Below are positions 9,101 to 17,701 of a stretch of DNA of 64,000 bases, one piece after another. Source of the DNA: an uncultured Gammaproteobacteria bacterium (GTDB taxonomy: Bacteria; Pseudomonadota; Gammaproteobacteria; GCA-001735895); NCBI GenBank assembly GCA_947259485.1, contig CAMYLU010000005.1, positions 72,714 to 136,713 of the forward strand. The letters run 5' to 3'. The notes below the pieces were generated by a model that was not told the DNA's origin, ran no database searches, and saw nothing but the letters and a program-made list of their open reading frames with translations. The position numbers and the translations under genes are program-made. Each line of letters opens with the position of its first letter. Positions within the stretch are counted from its first letter, which is position 1.

Positions 9101-10513
9101 ATGTCAGCCGGAAAATTTAAACGCGTTCTGAATGGAAAGGAGGTGCTAGCACTCGCGTTTGGTGCGATGATTGGCTGGGGTTGGGTCGTGTTAACTGGCG
9201 GCTGGATCGAGTCAGCGGGCGCCGCCGGCGCAATGATCGCCTTCCTGATTGGCGGGATCGCGGTAGTCCTGATCGGCCTTACCTATGCCGAGCTAGCCTC
9301 GGCAATGCCCTTGACCGGCGGCGAGCATGTCTACAGCCACAGGGCGCTCGGAATGGGGGGTTCTTTCTTTTGCACCTGGGCCATTATCCTTGGCTATATT
9401 TCCGTGGTGGCATTCGAAGCGGTTGCCCTACCCACAGTCATCGAACACCTCTTTCCTAATTACAAGATTGGCCTGCTATGGAACGTGGCCGGTTGGGATG
9501 TCTATTTTACCTGGGCGCTGGTCGGAGTCGCGGGGGCTATCGCCATGACCTGGATTAACATTCGTGGCATACAGGCGTCAGCCTTTCTGCAAAAAGTGGT
9601 GACCCTGATGATTATGGTTGTCGGCATCATGCTGGTCACAGGATCATTGTTCAATGGCGAAACGAGTAACATGGAGCCGCTTTTCGTCAATGGTGCCAAA
9701 GGCATTCTGACGGTCCTGATCATGACCCCGTTCATGTTTGTCGGCTTCGATGTCATCCCGCAGGCTGCCGAAGAGATCGACCTGCCATACAGGCAAATTG
9801 GTCGGATACTGGTTCTCTCCGTGTTCATGGCCGTCGCCTGGTATGTTCTCATGATCCTGGGGGTATCCCTGTTAATGCCACCTGCCCAAACAGCGTCATC
9901 CAGCCTGGCAACAGCGGATGCGATGACGCTGGCCTTTGGTGGGGGCTGGGCCGGGAAGCTCCTGGTGGTAGCCGGAATCGGTGGCATTCTCACCAGCTGG
10001 AATGCTTTCCTCGTCGGCGGCAGTCGCGCCGTTTATGCAATGGCACACGCCAGGATGCTGCCATCATTTCTGGGTAAGATGCATCCGCAATACAATACCC
10101 CGGTGAACGCCATTCTCCTGATTGGCGCACTATCGATCATTGCCCCTTTGTTTGGCCGAAAAACACTGGTCTGGCTGGTGGATGCAGGCGGTCTCGGTAT
10201 CGTCATTGCCTATGCCACCGTTACCTTGTCATTTCTGGTATTGCGCGTGAAGGAACCGGAAATGCCGCGTCCGTTCAAAGTGGCCAATGGCAAATTGGTC
10301 GGTTATTGCGCACTGATACTATCGCTAGGTATTACCGCTCTCTACCTGCCTGGTAGCCCGTCAGCGCTGATCTGGCCTTACGAGTGGGCCATCGTTCTAA
10401 TATGGACAGTTCTCGGATTGATATTCTATCTTTGGGCCCGGTCAACCCATGGTTCGGAATACAGGCATATCATGCGACAGGAGCTGAAAAGCGGTCACTC
10501 GGATATGCCCTGA
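9101..10513 (+). CDS. APC-family amino acid permease
   Basis: 470 aa with about 12 TM helices and an APC-type glycine-rich N-terminus. Confidence 0.8.
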   Translation: MSAGKFKRVLNGKEVLALAFGAMIGWGWVVLTGGWIESAGAAGAMIAFLIGGIAVVLIGLTYAELASAMPLTGGEHVYSHRALGMGGSFFCTWAIILGYISVVAFEAVALPTVIEHLFPNYKIGLLWNVAGWDVYFTWALVGVAGAIAMTWINIRGIQASAFLQKVVTLMIMVVGIMLVTGSLFNGETSNMEPLFVNGAKGILTVLIMTPFMFVGFDVIPQAAEEIDLPYRQIGRILVLSVFMAVAWYVLMILGVSLLMPPAQTASSSLATADAMTLAFGGGWAGKLLVVAGIGGILTSWNAFLVGGSRAVYAMAHARMLPSFLGKMHPQYNTPVNAILLIGALSIIAPLFGRKTLVWLVDAGGLGIVIAYATVTLSFLVLRVKEPEMPRPFKVANGKLVGYCALILSLGITALYLPGSPSALIWPYEWAIVLIWTVLGLIFYLWARSTHGSEYRHIMRQELKSGHSDMP

Positions 10514-10904
10514 ACCTTGCCGCAGCGTGCATGCCAGGCATCGGTTGACCAGCCAGTCCCCGGGCTGAAGCCGCCCGATGCAGTGAGTAGCACCAAAGAG
10601 ACCGGTTGCCCCTGGGACGAACCTCAGGAATTAAGAATGGACTCGGCCTGCAGGTCGGCATGATTGGACGAACGCACCATCGGGTCGCTGGCGACCTGGT
10701 CGAAGCTAGCCGCCCAAGCCCGGGGAAGGTGACACAGACTCCCCCAATCCCGACATTCCCCTGAAAAATCCAGTCGGGCAACAGGAGATCAAGACGCGGC
10801 AGGACTTCCTTGTGGCGCACCGGGGACTCATCGGGAGATTGAGCACTGCGAAATTGGGGGTCTTACTGGTGGCCCACTGGGGATCCGAAGCGGCGTGTGG
10901 AAAT

Positions 10905-10978
10905 TGGAGCGGTCCGAGGGAATCAAGCCCTCGTCATCTGGTTGGGAACCAGAAGCTTTACCATTGAGCTATCACCGC
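10905..10978 (-). pseudogene. Degenerate tRNA-Gly(CCC)-like sequence (probable tRNA pseudogene)
   Basis: Reverse complement GCGGTGATAGCTCAATGGTAAAGCTTCTGGTTCCCAACCAGATGACGAGGGCTTGATTCCCTCGGACCGCTCCA follows the tRNA-Gly(CCC) architecture. The T-loop is CTTGATT (the conserved TTC is lost). The acceptor stem has two mismatches and the D-stem is weakened. Confidence 0.5.
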
Positions 10979-11031
10979 TGTACGATATTCCCGACCTGTC
11001 GTTTCTCGCTGGGTCGGACCTCTACTGGTGT

Positions 11032-11071
11032 CTTGGGAAGCTGACGCTCTGCCAACCGAGCTAACCCCGCG
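11032..11071 (-). repeat. 40-nt duplicate of the 5' half (positions 1-40) of the tRNA-Gly(CCC) gene at 8808..8883
   Basis: 38 of 40 nt are identical to 8844..8883. Similarity ends exactly after the anticodon loop. Confidence 0.8.
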
Positions 11072-11123
11072 TTAATTCTTCTAATTATACAACATCAGCG
11101 ATAATTGCGATCTCGACTGCTTG

Positions 11124-12221
11124 TCAACCAGAAATGTCCACGTGCACGTTCCAGTCATGGCGGTCATCCAGTTTGCCGTACTGGATACCGGTCAGTTCAT
11201 CGTAAAGCCGCTGCGTCAACTCGCCCGGGGGCGCCGTAGCCACCTGGAATATTTCCCCCTTGAACCCGATACTCGCAACGGGGCATATTACGGCCGCCGT
11301 GCCAGCTCCGAACACTTCCACCAGTGTCCCGGAACGAAAGGCTGCCACCACTTCATCAATGGTGATGCGGCGCTCTTCCACCGGAATACCCCAGTCTGCG
11401 AGCAGGGTAAGCGCGCTATCGCGCACAACGCCTGGCAGAATAGAGCCACCCAGGGGCGGAGTAATCACCCTGTCGTCAATTTTGAAGAAAATATTCATCG
11501 CGCCAACCTCTTCCACGTAACGGTGCTCATTGCCGTCCAGCCACAATACCTGGTCAAATCCCTGTTTTTGACTTTCTGAGCCCGGTAGCAGACTCGCGGC
11601 ATAGTTGGCAGCCGTCTTGGCAGCCCCCAACCCGCCGATGCTGGCAGCGCGAGTAAACTGATCTTCAACCCGCAACGACACGCCTTTTTGCAGGTTGGTA
11701 AAATAGCTGCCAACCGGCGCGGTCATGATCATGAAGCGGTAACTGCTGGCAGCACGTACCTCGAGGGTAGCCTCGGTGCCAATAATCAGGGGCCGAATAT
11801 AAAGCGAATGACCCCATTGCGAGGGAAGCCAACCATGATCCAGCTCTATCAATTGCTGCGTGGCATGAATCATGATCTCGCTTAACTCGTCGAGGGCCAT
11901 GATGGGAATACAAAGCCGCTGACAGGAATCGTGCAGTCGTCTGGCATTCATATCGGGACGGAACATCCGGACTCCACCATCCGGTCCGCGAAAAGCCTTG
12001 AAACCGTCGAACACGGTCTGCCCGTAATGCAACATCGCAGTCCCGGGCTCCAGCGACAGTGGCTGGTAGGGATGAATCTCCGGGTTCTTCCAGGCACCGT
12101 CTTCATAAACCATGCTGAACATATGGTCGGAAAAAACGCCGCCGAAGCTGAGTTCGTCAAAATTGACCTGGGATAGCCGGCTTTGCTCGACCGGCGTGAC
12201 CGGGAAATCTGATAATTGCAT
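11124..12221 (-). CDS. ilvE: Branched-chain amino acid aminotransferase (class IV, about 365-aa type)
   Basis: Full-length similarity pattern of BCAT type. Fold-type IV PLP motifs are present (the EVGAMNIFF region and GTAAVICPV). Confidence 0.85.
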   Translation of the reverse strand: MQLSDFPVTPVEQSRLSQVNFDELSFGGVFSDHMFSMVYEDGAWKNPEIHPYQPLSLEPGTAMLHYGQTVFDGFKAFRGPDGGVRMFRPDMNARRLHDSCQRLCIPIMALDELSEIMIHATQQLIELDHGWLPSQWGHSLYIRPLIIGTEATLEVRAASSYRFMIMTAPVGSYFTNLQKGVSLRVEDQFTRAASIGGLGAAKTAANYAASLLPGSESQKQGFDQVLWLDGNEHRYVEEVGAMNIFFKIDDRVITPPLGGSILPGVVRDSALTLLADWGIPVEERRITIDEVVAAFRSGTLVEVFGAGTAAVICPVASIGFKGEIFQVATAPPGELTQRLYDELTGIQYGKLDDRHDWNVHVDISG

Positions 12222-12518
12222 CTTCTTCGACCCTTAAATTGTGACCCTTAAAACAACAGCCGGGACTACCGGAAACGCGGGATGGTAACAGACATACTCT
12301 CTTCCCGCACCGCCGGCTGTGCCCCTGTGCTGCCTCGCAACAATGCCCGATAAAATGACACAACTGTCTTCAATACCGTCAAAACCAGGCTTGATCTAAA
12401 TCAATAATTCGGTTTTTACAGGCTTTAGCCTTATTATGTAGGCTTAATTGCATTGGGGGCACGTCCATATCATGGATCGCACCGCAATTGAAAAACTCAC
12501 CGCTATGAGTATTTAGCC

Positions 12519-15044
12519 ATGCCGGCTTCAGAGATCGTCTTTGTATTGGTGGTACTGCTGGGCATAGCCATGCTGGTTACCGGAACCTGTCGGAACCTGC
12601 CGATTCCGTTCACGGTAATCCTGGTGCTGATTGGCATGCTGCTGGGCTACCTGTCCCATGTGCTGCATTTCATGGAACCACTTCAGGGATTCACCCTGGG
12701 CCCTGAAATCATGTTATTCGTTTTTCTACCCGCGCTCATATTTGAATCCGGCTTTGCACTGGATGCGCGCCAGATGATCAAAGATCTGCCACCGATACTG
12801 ATTCTCGCCATACCCGCGATGCTCATGTCCACCTTCGTAGTCGGCCTGGGGGTCTGGTGGGCCCTCGATATCAAACTCATTGTCGCGCTGGTATTCGGGG
12901 CATTAATCTCCGCCACCGACCCGGTCGCGGTGGTCGCACTGTTTAAGGAACTGGGTGCGCCGAACCGCCTGAATGTCCTGGTCGAGGGCGAATCCCTGCT
13001 CAACGACGCTACCGCCATCGTGGCTTTCTCGATTTTACTCGGTATAGCCGTCGAGGGCGGCGGCATCAGCTGGTCCGATGCCGATAATATATTCCTGGAT
13101 TTTCTCAGGGTGTTTATCGGGGGCGCCTTGTTCGGTGCTTTCCTGGGATTCGTGGTCTGCGAATTATTATATCGAATGCAAAGCGGAATCAGCGTTATTC
13201 TGACGTCATCAATCATCATCGCCTATGCCAGCTTCGTCATTGCCGAGCACGCATTCCACGTGTCGGGTGTCATGGCCGTGGTCGGATCGGCAATTGCCCT
13301 GAGGCGATTCGGCGTAACGCGGTTTCGCCAGGATACCACCCATTCCATCCACGAGGTCTGGGAGGTTATCGCCCTGTCCTGTAATTCGCTGCTGTTTTTA
13401 CTGGTCGGCTTATCGATCAGCATTGTCACGCTTTTTAGCCAGCTCGGGCCTATAGCCATTGCGATTGCTTTAGTATTGAGCGCACGGGCACTGTCGATTT
13501 ATAGCATTGTTCCGCTGGCGGTAAAGTGGTTTAAGCTGCCACACATCAGCATGGGCGAGCGCCACATCATGTGGTGGGGCGGCCTCAAGGGCGGCCTCGC
13601 TATTGCCGTGGTGCTTTCAATCCCCAGCGACCTGCCGGAGCGCCAGTTCCTGTTCGAGGTGACGCTCGGAGTGGTGTTGTTTACGCTGTTGATCAGCGCA
13701 CCCACGATACGCCCGCTGATGCATTTTCTCGGCTTAAACGAGTTTTCCAGGGGGGAAGAACTGGAGTACCGAAACTCGCTGCAGGGAGCCGAAGAAACTT
13801 CCCAGAAATATTTGGCAAACCTGGCCGCGAGCAAGATTGTTCCGAGGGGCACGGTTACTCCCTTGCAGGACCAGATTCATCAAACCTTTTCCAGTGGTAG
13901 CGATGAAGACGAAACAAAAGCGCACGAAAACGACGAATATTTTGCCGAATTCAGGGCCTATCGAGTGGAACGAGAATCATTGAAATCACTCTACGAGACT
14001 GGCGTTATCAGCCAGTACATTTATCTCGATATGAACAACAGGTTGCATGCCGTGCAGGAATCTCTGCGCCTGGGTGAAGCGGGGATTGGAGAAGTCGACG
14101 AATCGGAAGAGCTCACCCTGTTTCAAAGACTCGAGATTTTTGTGCTGGGTAAAATTCGTGAAAAAACCTGGCTTGCCGGGTGGCTTTCAAAATACCAGGA
14201 ACAAAGGACAGTACACCGGGTGCAACGCAACCTGGCGCATATCCTGGTATGCACTGAAGTGATAGCAATGCTTGGCCGGCAGAATGATTTGCTTGAAGAC
14301 GCCAGCAACAGCGTGATATCTGCCTACGAGTATCGAAAAAAATACTACCGTAAACAGCTGAAACAAATCAGGAAATATTATCCAACATACTACATGCAAT
14401 TTCTCGAACGACTCACGACCCGGTCGATGATCAACAGTGGCTGGAACCGGGTAAAGTCCGAGTTCGCCCATGGTGATCTCTCTGCCAAGGGTTTCAACCT
14501 GGTGCAGTCCAAAGTACAAGCGGTTTTGGCGGAGGTCGACGAGTCACCGCTGATTTTCTCGAAAACGGTCAACACCATATCCGAATACCTGGAGGATATT
14601 GACCTGTTTCACGATTTAACCGACAAGGATTTTGCCTTCCTCGAGGAAAATTCTTCGATAGTCACGTTTCTAGCCGGTGATACCATCATGGGCCGCTTTG
14701 AAGCGGGCATAGATTTCTATGTGCTGGTCGACGGCAAGGCGACTGTCTGGATCAAGGATGCATTCAGTCGCGAGCAGTTCATGGCCGAGCTTCTGAAGGG
14801 AGACTTTATGGGTGAATCCGGCCTGCTGGCCAAGCAGAAAAATCGTAAACATCACCGCAGCGCCACGATAAAAGCTGAAACACCCTGCACACTGATCCGG
14901 ATCTCACCCGATACCATGTCGCGAATACTCTGGAAGTACCCAAAAATTCTGCAGGAGATACGCGAGATCAATGAGGCCCGTTTAAGCGTACGTCCGAAGA
15001 GCACCGATGAACTGCGTGTCTACAAGCCCCATAAAAAGCATTAA
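12519..15044 (+). CDS. CPA1/NhaP-type Na+(K+)/H+ antiporter fused to a C-terminal cyclic-nucleotide-binding domain
   Basis: The N-terminal roughly 400 aa is polytopic, with the NhaP signature region (ATDPVAV). The C-terminus has a cNMP-binding beta-roll (FLAGDTIMGRFEAGIDFYVLVDGKATVWIKD...GESGLL). Confidence 0.8.
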   Translation: MPASEIVFVLVVLLGIAMLVTGTCRNLPIPFTVILVLIGMLLGYLSHVLHFMEPLQGFTLGPEIMLFVFLPALIFESGFALDARQMIKDLPPILILAIPAMLMSTFVVGLGVWWALDIKLIVALVFGALISATDPVAVVALFKELGAPNRLNVLVEGESLLNDATAIVAFSILLGIAVEGGGISWSDADNIFLDFLRVFIGGALFGAFLGFVVCELLYRMQSGISVILTSSIIIAYASFVIAEHAFHVSGVMAVVGSAIALRRFGVTRFRQDTTHSIHEVWEVIALSCNSLLFLLVGLSISIVTLFSQLGPIAIAIALVLSARALSIYSIVPLAVKWFKLPHISMGERHIMWWGGLKGGLAIAVVLSIPSDLPERQFLFEVTLGVVLFTLLISAPTIRPLMHFLGLNEFSRGEELEYRNSLQGAEETSQKYLANLAASKIVPRGTVTPLQDQIHQTFSSGSDEDETKAHENDEYFAEFRAYRVERESLKSLYETGVISQYIYLDMNNRLHAVQESLRLGEAGIGEVDESEELTLFQRLEIFVLGKIREKTWLAGWLSKYQEQRTVHRVQRNLAHILVCTEVIAMLGRQNDLLEDASNSVISAYEYRKKYYRKQLKQIRKYYPTYYMQFLERLTTRSMINSGWNRVKSEFAHGDLSAKGFNLVQSKVQAVLAEVDESPLIFSKTVNTISEYLEDIDLFHDLTDKDFAFLEENSSIVTFLAGDTIMGRFEAGIDFYVLVDGKATVWIKDAFSREQFMAELLKGDFMGESGLLAKQKNRKHHRSATIKAETPCTLIRISPDTMSRILWKYPKILQEIREINEARLSVRPKSTDELRVYKPHKKH

Positions 15045-15094
15045 CAAGGCACAAGGTCTGTTGACCCGCGTAAAAAAAGATCGCGCTTTAATTA

Positions 15095-16858
15095 TCAGGC
15101 GATACCCGGGTTGCCGGCCACGTTTTTAATTTTCGGGGTGTTCAACTTCTTGATGCGCGCGGTATCCTCGCGGCGCAGGTAGTCTGCAACCACGTCCCAG
15201 ATCGGCGCACCCGGTGACTCCGAACCCACGGTTGCCCAGCCGGCCACCTTGTAATTCTTCGCCGCTTCAATGGGAGTACCATCGTCGAGCTGCATGTCAG
15301 TAATTCTTTCTCCGGCACCGGCACCCGGATCGATACTGTAATCGAGGCCACCCAGGCGCACCATGTCACCACCCTGCTGGTAGTAAGGATCCTTGTTGAA
15401 CAGGTTGTCGGCAACGTCTTCGAGAATCAGTTTGATGTTTTCACCGGTCATTTCACGCACATAGGTTTCAGGGTAGGTAATGCAGGTTTGGTCCATGACG
15501 TGTTCCATCGTGATTGTTTGTCCCGACAACACGGTAGTGCCCCAGCGGAATCCCGGGGACAGCGATATCTGTGCATCGCCCTCGACACGCAGCGCATCGC
15601 AGATCACCTGGTCAAAGGTACCGTTAAAATTCCCGCGTCGGAACAGCAGGTTTTCGGCAACCGCCAGTTCTTCCTGCAACTTTGGCAGGTAGGGCTTACG
15701 AACCTTTTCTACATAAGCGGCCATCTCTGCATCCGCATCGAGCAGATTTGAGAAAACCGGCAGCAAGCGATAGCGGAAATCGCGTAGCTTCTTGTTCTTG
15801 TAGTCCAGATCCATAACACCCAGGAACTTGCCGTTGGAGCCCGCGTTGGTAACCAGTGTTTTACCACCGGGATTGGTTACGGGTATCGCTTTCGGCACAC
15901 CATCATGCGTGTGACCACCAAATATCGCGTCGATGCCGCTGACTCGAGACGCCATCTTGAGGTCAACGTCCATGCCGTTGTGCGACAGCACGATCAACCC
16001 GTCGGGACTCTCCTCGTCGCGTGCCTGCTCGACGATTTCCTGCATATCGCCTTCGTTGATGCCAAAGGTCCAGTCCGGGATAAATCGTTGCGGATTTGCG
16101 ATCGGCGTATACGGGAATGACTGGCCGACCACGGCAATGCGCAAATCCCCCATTTCCCGAATCGTGTAAGGCTTGAAGACATGCCCGCTGTCTTCATTGA
16201 AGTCACCCAGGTCGGCAAGCTCATAGTCAAACAGTGCATCTTCCTTGACCTTGCAATTCTGGCTGACGAATTCACCATCGAAAATCTCGGCATTATCGAG
16301 GATTTCGGCCGCCAGGTAGGTAAATTCCCAGTGGCCGGTCATGACATCAACCCCGAGTAAATTGCAGGCCTCAACCATATCCCGTCCCCGGGTCCAGAAT
16401 GCCGTACCCGAACCCTGCCAGGTGTCACCGCCATCGAGCAGTAGCGAGCGCCCCTGCGTATATTCCGCACGTAACTTCTTGACCAGGGTTGTGAGGTGAG
16501 CAAAGCCACCAATCTTGCCAAAGGTGCGCGCGGCTTCTTCAAAATTGATGTAGGTATAAGCATGTTCCTCGATACCACCATGCGCAATGCCAAACTGTTT
16601 AACCAGGTTTTTTCCAACCAGGTGCGGCGCCTTACCGAAGGCGTCACCGATGCCGAGATTGACACTGGGTTCACGGAAATAAATCGGGTTAAGCTGTGCA
16701 TGGCAGTCGGTAAAGTGCAGGATGCGTGCATTGCCAAAGGCCGGCATGTCATAGAGTCTGGAACCCTCGCTGCTTGCCGAATATCCGGCTCCTGGAAACA
16801 GTCCTGCAGCACCGGCGAGCCCGAGCAGCCTGATAAATTCTCTACGGTTCAAGTTCAT
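15095..16858 (-). CDS. soxB: SoxB, thiosulfohydrolase (5'-nucleotidase/metallophosphatase family) with a Tat signal peptide
   Basis: Tat motif RREFIRLLGLAGAAG and metallophosphoesterase motifs (HFTDCHAQL, GGDTWQG, GHWEF). The 587 aa length and a 5'-nucleotidase-like C-terminal domain fit. RBS GAGGGGG precedes the ATG. Confidence 0.8.
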   Translation of the reverse strand: MNLNRREFIRLLGLAGAAGLFPGAGYSASSEGSRLYDMPAFGNARILHFTDCHAQLNPIYFREPSVNLGIGDAFGKAPHLVGKNLVKQFGIAHGGIEEHAYTYINFEEAARTFGKIGGFAHLTTLVKKLRAEYTQGRSLLLDGGDTWQGSGTAFWTRGRDMVEACNLLGVDVMTGHWEFTYLAAEILDNAEIFDGEFVSQNCKVKEDALFDYELADLGDFNEDSGHVFKPYTIREMGDLRIAVVGQSFPYTPIANPQRFIPDWTFGINEGDMQEIVEQARDEESPDGLIVLSHNGMDVDLKMASRVSGIDAIFGGHTHDGVPKAIPVTNPGGKTLVTNAGSNGKFLGVMDLDYKNKKLRDFRYRLLPVFSNLLDADAEMAAYVEKVRKPYLPKLQEELAVAENLLFRRGNFNGTFDQVICDALRVEGDAQISLSPGFRWGTTVLSGQTITMEHVMDQTCITYPETYVREMTGENIKLILEDVADNLFNKDPYYQQGGDMVRLGGLDYSIDPGAGAGERITDMQLDDGTPIEAAKNYKVAGWATVGSESPGAPIWDVVADYLRREDTARIKKLNTPKIKNVAGNPGIA

Positions 16859-16867
16859 AACGCCCCC

Positions 16868-17593
16868 TCAGGCAAATATTTCATTTAGTTCGGCCAGGTT
16901 TTCGACCACCAGGTCCGGGTTGGAATCGCTGATATTTTTGCCGTGATTATATCCATACGGTACGCAGATGACGCCGAATCCAGCCGCGCGCGCCGCCAGC
17001 ACATCATTGCTCGAGTCACCAACCATCAGGCAGGTATCATATTCGAGGCCGAAGTAATCCGCGGCGTAATGCAGTGGCATCGGATCAGGTTTTTTCCTGG
17101 CGGTTGTATTACCGGCGACAACTAGCTCAAAAAAGGAATCCATTCCCATCGCCGCGATCAGCTTCGAGGTAAAAGGTTCCGGCTTGTTGGTAACACAGGC
17201 GAGATGCAATTCGAGCTTACTAAGACGTTCCAGGGTTTCGATAACTCCCGGGTAGACTTCACTATGATCGCTGGCATGCTCACCATACAGCTTGCTGAAA
17301 ATTTCCAGGCCGGCCTGGAAAAGGCTCTCCTCCGGCTCGGCGTTCATATCGTTGGTCAGAACACGCTTGACGAAGCGCTCGAGGCCGTTACCGACCCAGT
17401 TTCGTGCGGCCTGCGGATCCTGCAACGGCATTTCCAGCGCACGCAACATTTCGTTGCCACACCATGCCAGGTCACCCACGCTATCAACGAGGGTGCCATC
17501 GAGATCGAACAGTACCAGTTTGAACCGGCCGAAAGTGCGATTATGTTTCCCTCTGCGGCTATCGGTCCGGCTTGTGGCTGCTTGCATATCCAT
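16868..17593 (-). CDS. gph: Phosphoglycolate phosphatase (HAD family; CbbZ/Gph)
   Basis: HAD motif I is LVLFDLDGTLVDS. It sits at the 3' end of the cbb operon, the typical cbbZ position. The true start may be internal. Confidence 0.75.
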   Translation of the reverse strand: MDMQAATSRTDSRRGKHNRTFGRFKLVLFDLDGTLVDSVGDLAWCGNEMLRALEMPLQDPQAARNWVGNGLERFVKRVLTNDMNAEPEESLFQAGLEIFSKLYGEHASDHSEVYPGVIETLERLSKLELHLACVTNKPEPFTSKLIAAMGMDSFFELVVAGNTTARKKPDPMPLHYAADYFGLEYDTCLMVGDSSNDVLAARAAGFGVICVPYGYNHGKNISDSNPDLVVENLAELNEIFA

Positions 17594-17701
17594 TGTTAAA
17601 TGCTTGTTACGACAGGTTAAAAGTCAGCTAGTGTACAAAACTATCAAAATCGGGCATCCAATGTAATAACCCGATAGCAATAGGCGCTATTACTTTCTTA
17701 C

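Noticed and set aside
11121-11579. 152-aa plus-strand ORF
   Set aside because: Antisense to the well-supported ilvE gene, with no RBS.
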